Of a stretch of DNA of 15,643 nt, positions 15,458-15,643 are shown in pieces. The translations under genes were made by a program, and so were the position numbers. Every line of letters starts with the position of its first letter. Position 1 is the first letter of the stretch. Location of the stretch: the NCBI GenBank assembly GCA_050331235.1, contig JBHJHA010000042.1, forward strand, positions 1 to 15,643. Reading direction: 5' to 3'. This stretch comes from Leptolyngbyaceae cyanobacterium. Its GTDB lineage: Bacteria; Cyanobacteriota; Cyanobacteriia; Phormidesmidales; Phormidesmidaceae. The notes under the pieces were generated by a model. It saw only the letters and a program-made list of their open reading frames with translations, searched no databases and was not told the origin of the DNA.

Positions 15458-15643
15458 GTGACTTTAGAAAGGCCCCTTCCTGCTCATTCCGCCCAGGCCA
15501 ATCGACCGAGTGATCATCGTGCTGCCGTTCGCCGGGTGCTGGTAATTACGCTACTGCTAAATTTGATCGTCGTCGGTTTGAAATCTGTCGTGGGGGTTTG
15601 GACGGGGTCTTTGAGCCTGCTGGCCGATGCGCTCCACAGTGTG
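15458..15643 (+). CDS. Cation diffusion facilitator (CDF) family transporter, 5' partial
   Basis: From GTG 15458 the frame reads ...DHRAAVRRVLVITLLLNLIVVGLKSVVGVWTGSLSLLADALHSV and is open to the window end. SLSLLADALHS is the CDF TM2 signature. Not in the ORF track. Confidence 0.88.
   Translation, partial: MTLERPLPAHSAQANRPSDHRAAVRRVLVITLLLNLIVVGLKSVVGVWTGSLSLLADALHSV

Noticed and set aside
1..15643. CRISPR array, tRNA/rRNA, riboswitch, prophage or defence system
   Set aside because: I saw no regularly spaced repeats, cloverleaf or rRNA signatures, known aptamer consensus, or phage/defence protein motifs. HIP1 repeats are an ordinary cyanobacterial feature. An Rfam/Infernal scan of the intergenic regions would be needed to fully exclude ncRNAs.

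Overview
Cyanobacterial chromosomal DNA (about 25 HIP1 octamers GCGATCGC by manual count, plus a PEP-CTERM gene), mostly housekeeping and envelope genes. From left to right: the end of a probable IS982-family insertion sequence (1-140) inserted into a conserved helical-repeat gene that also carries a frameshift and a nonsense codon (pseudogene, 142-1192); an MsbA-like ABC exporter; a small membrane protein; a PEP-CTERM/DUF642-like surface protein whose signal peptide lacks a canonical start codon; tmk-holB; a translationally coupled devB-devC-devC-devA exporter operon preceded by a TetR-like operator palindrome; a VOC/glyoxalase protein; a DUF389 protein; a histidine phosphatase divergent from pfkA; and the 5' end of a CDF metal transporter. 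No CRISPR array, RNA gene or clearly new multi-gene system is supported. The best leads are the IS-disrupted gene missed by the ORF track, the anomalous start and repeated GTA-N4-TAC sites of the PEP-CTERM gene, the dual-permease Dev exporter with its operator, and the phosphate-donor specificity of the PFK. All family assignments come from motif recognition, not database searches.
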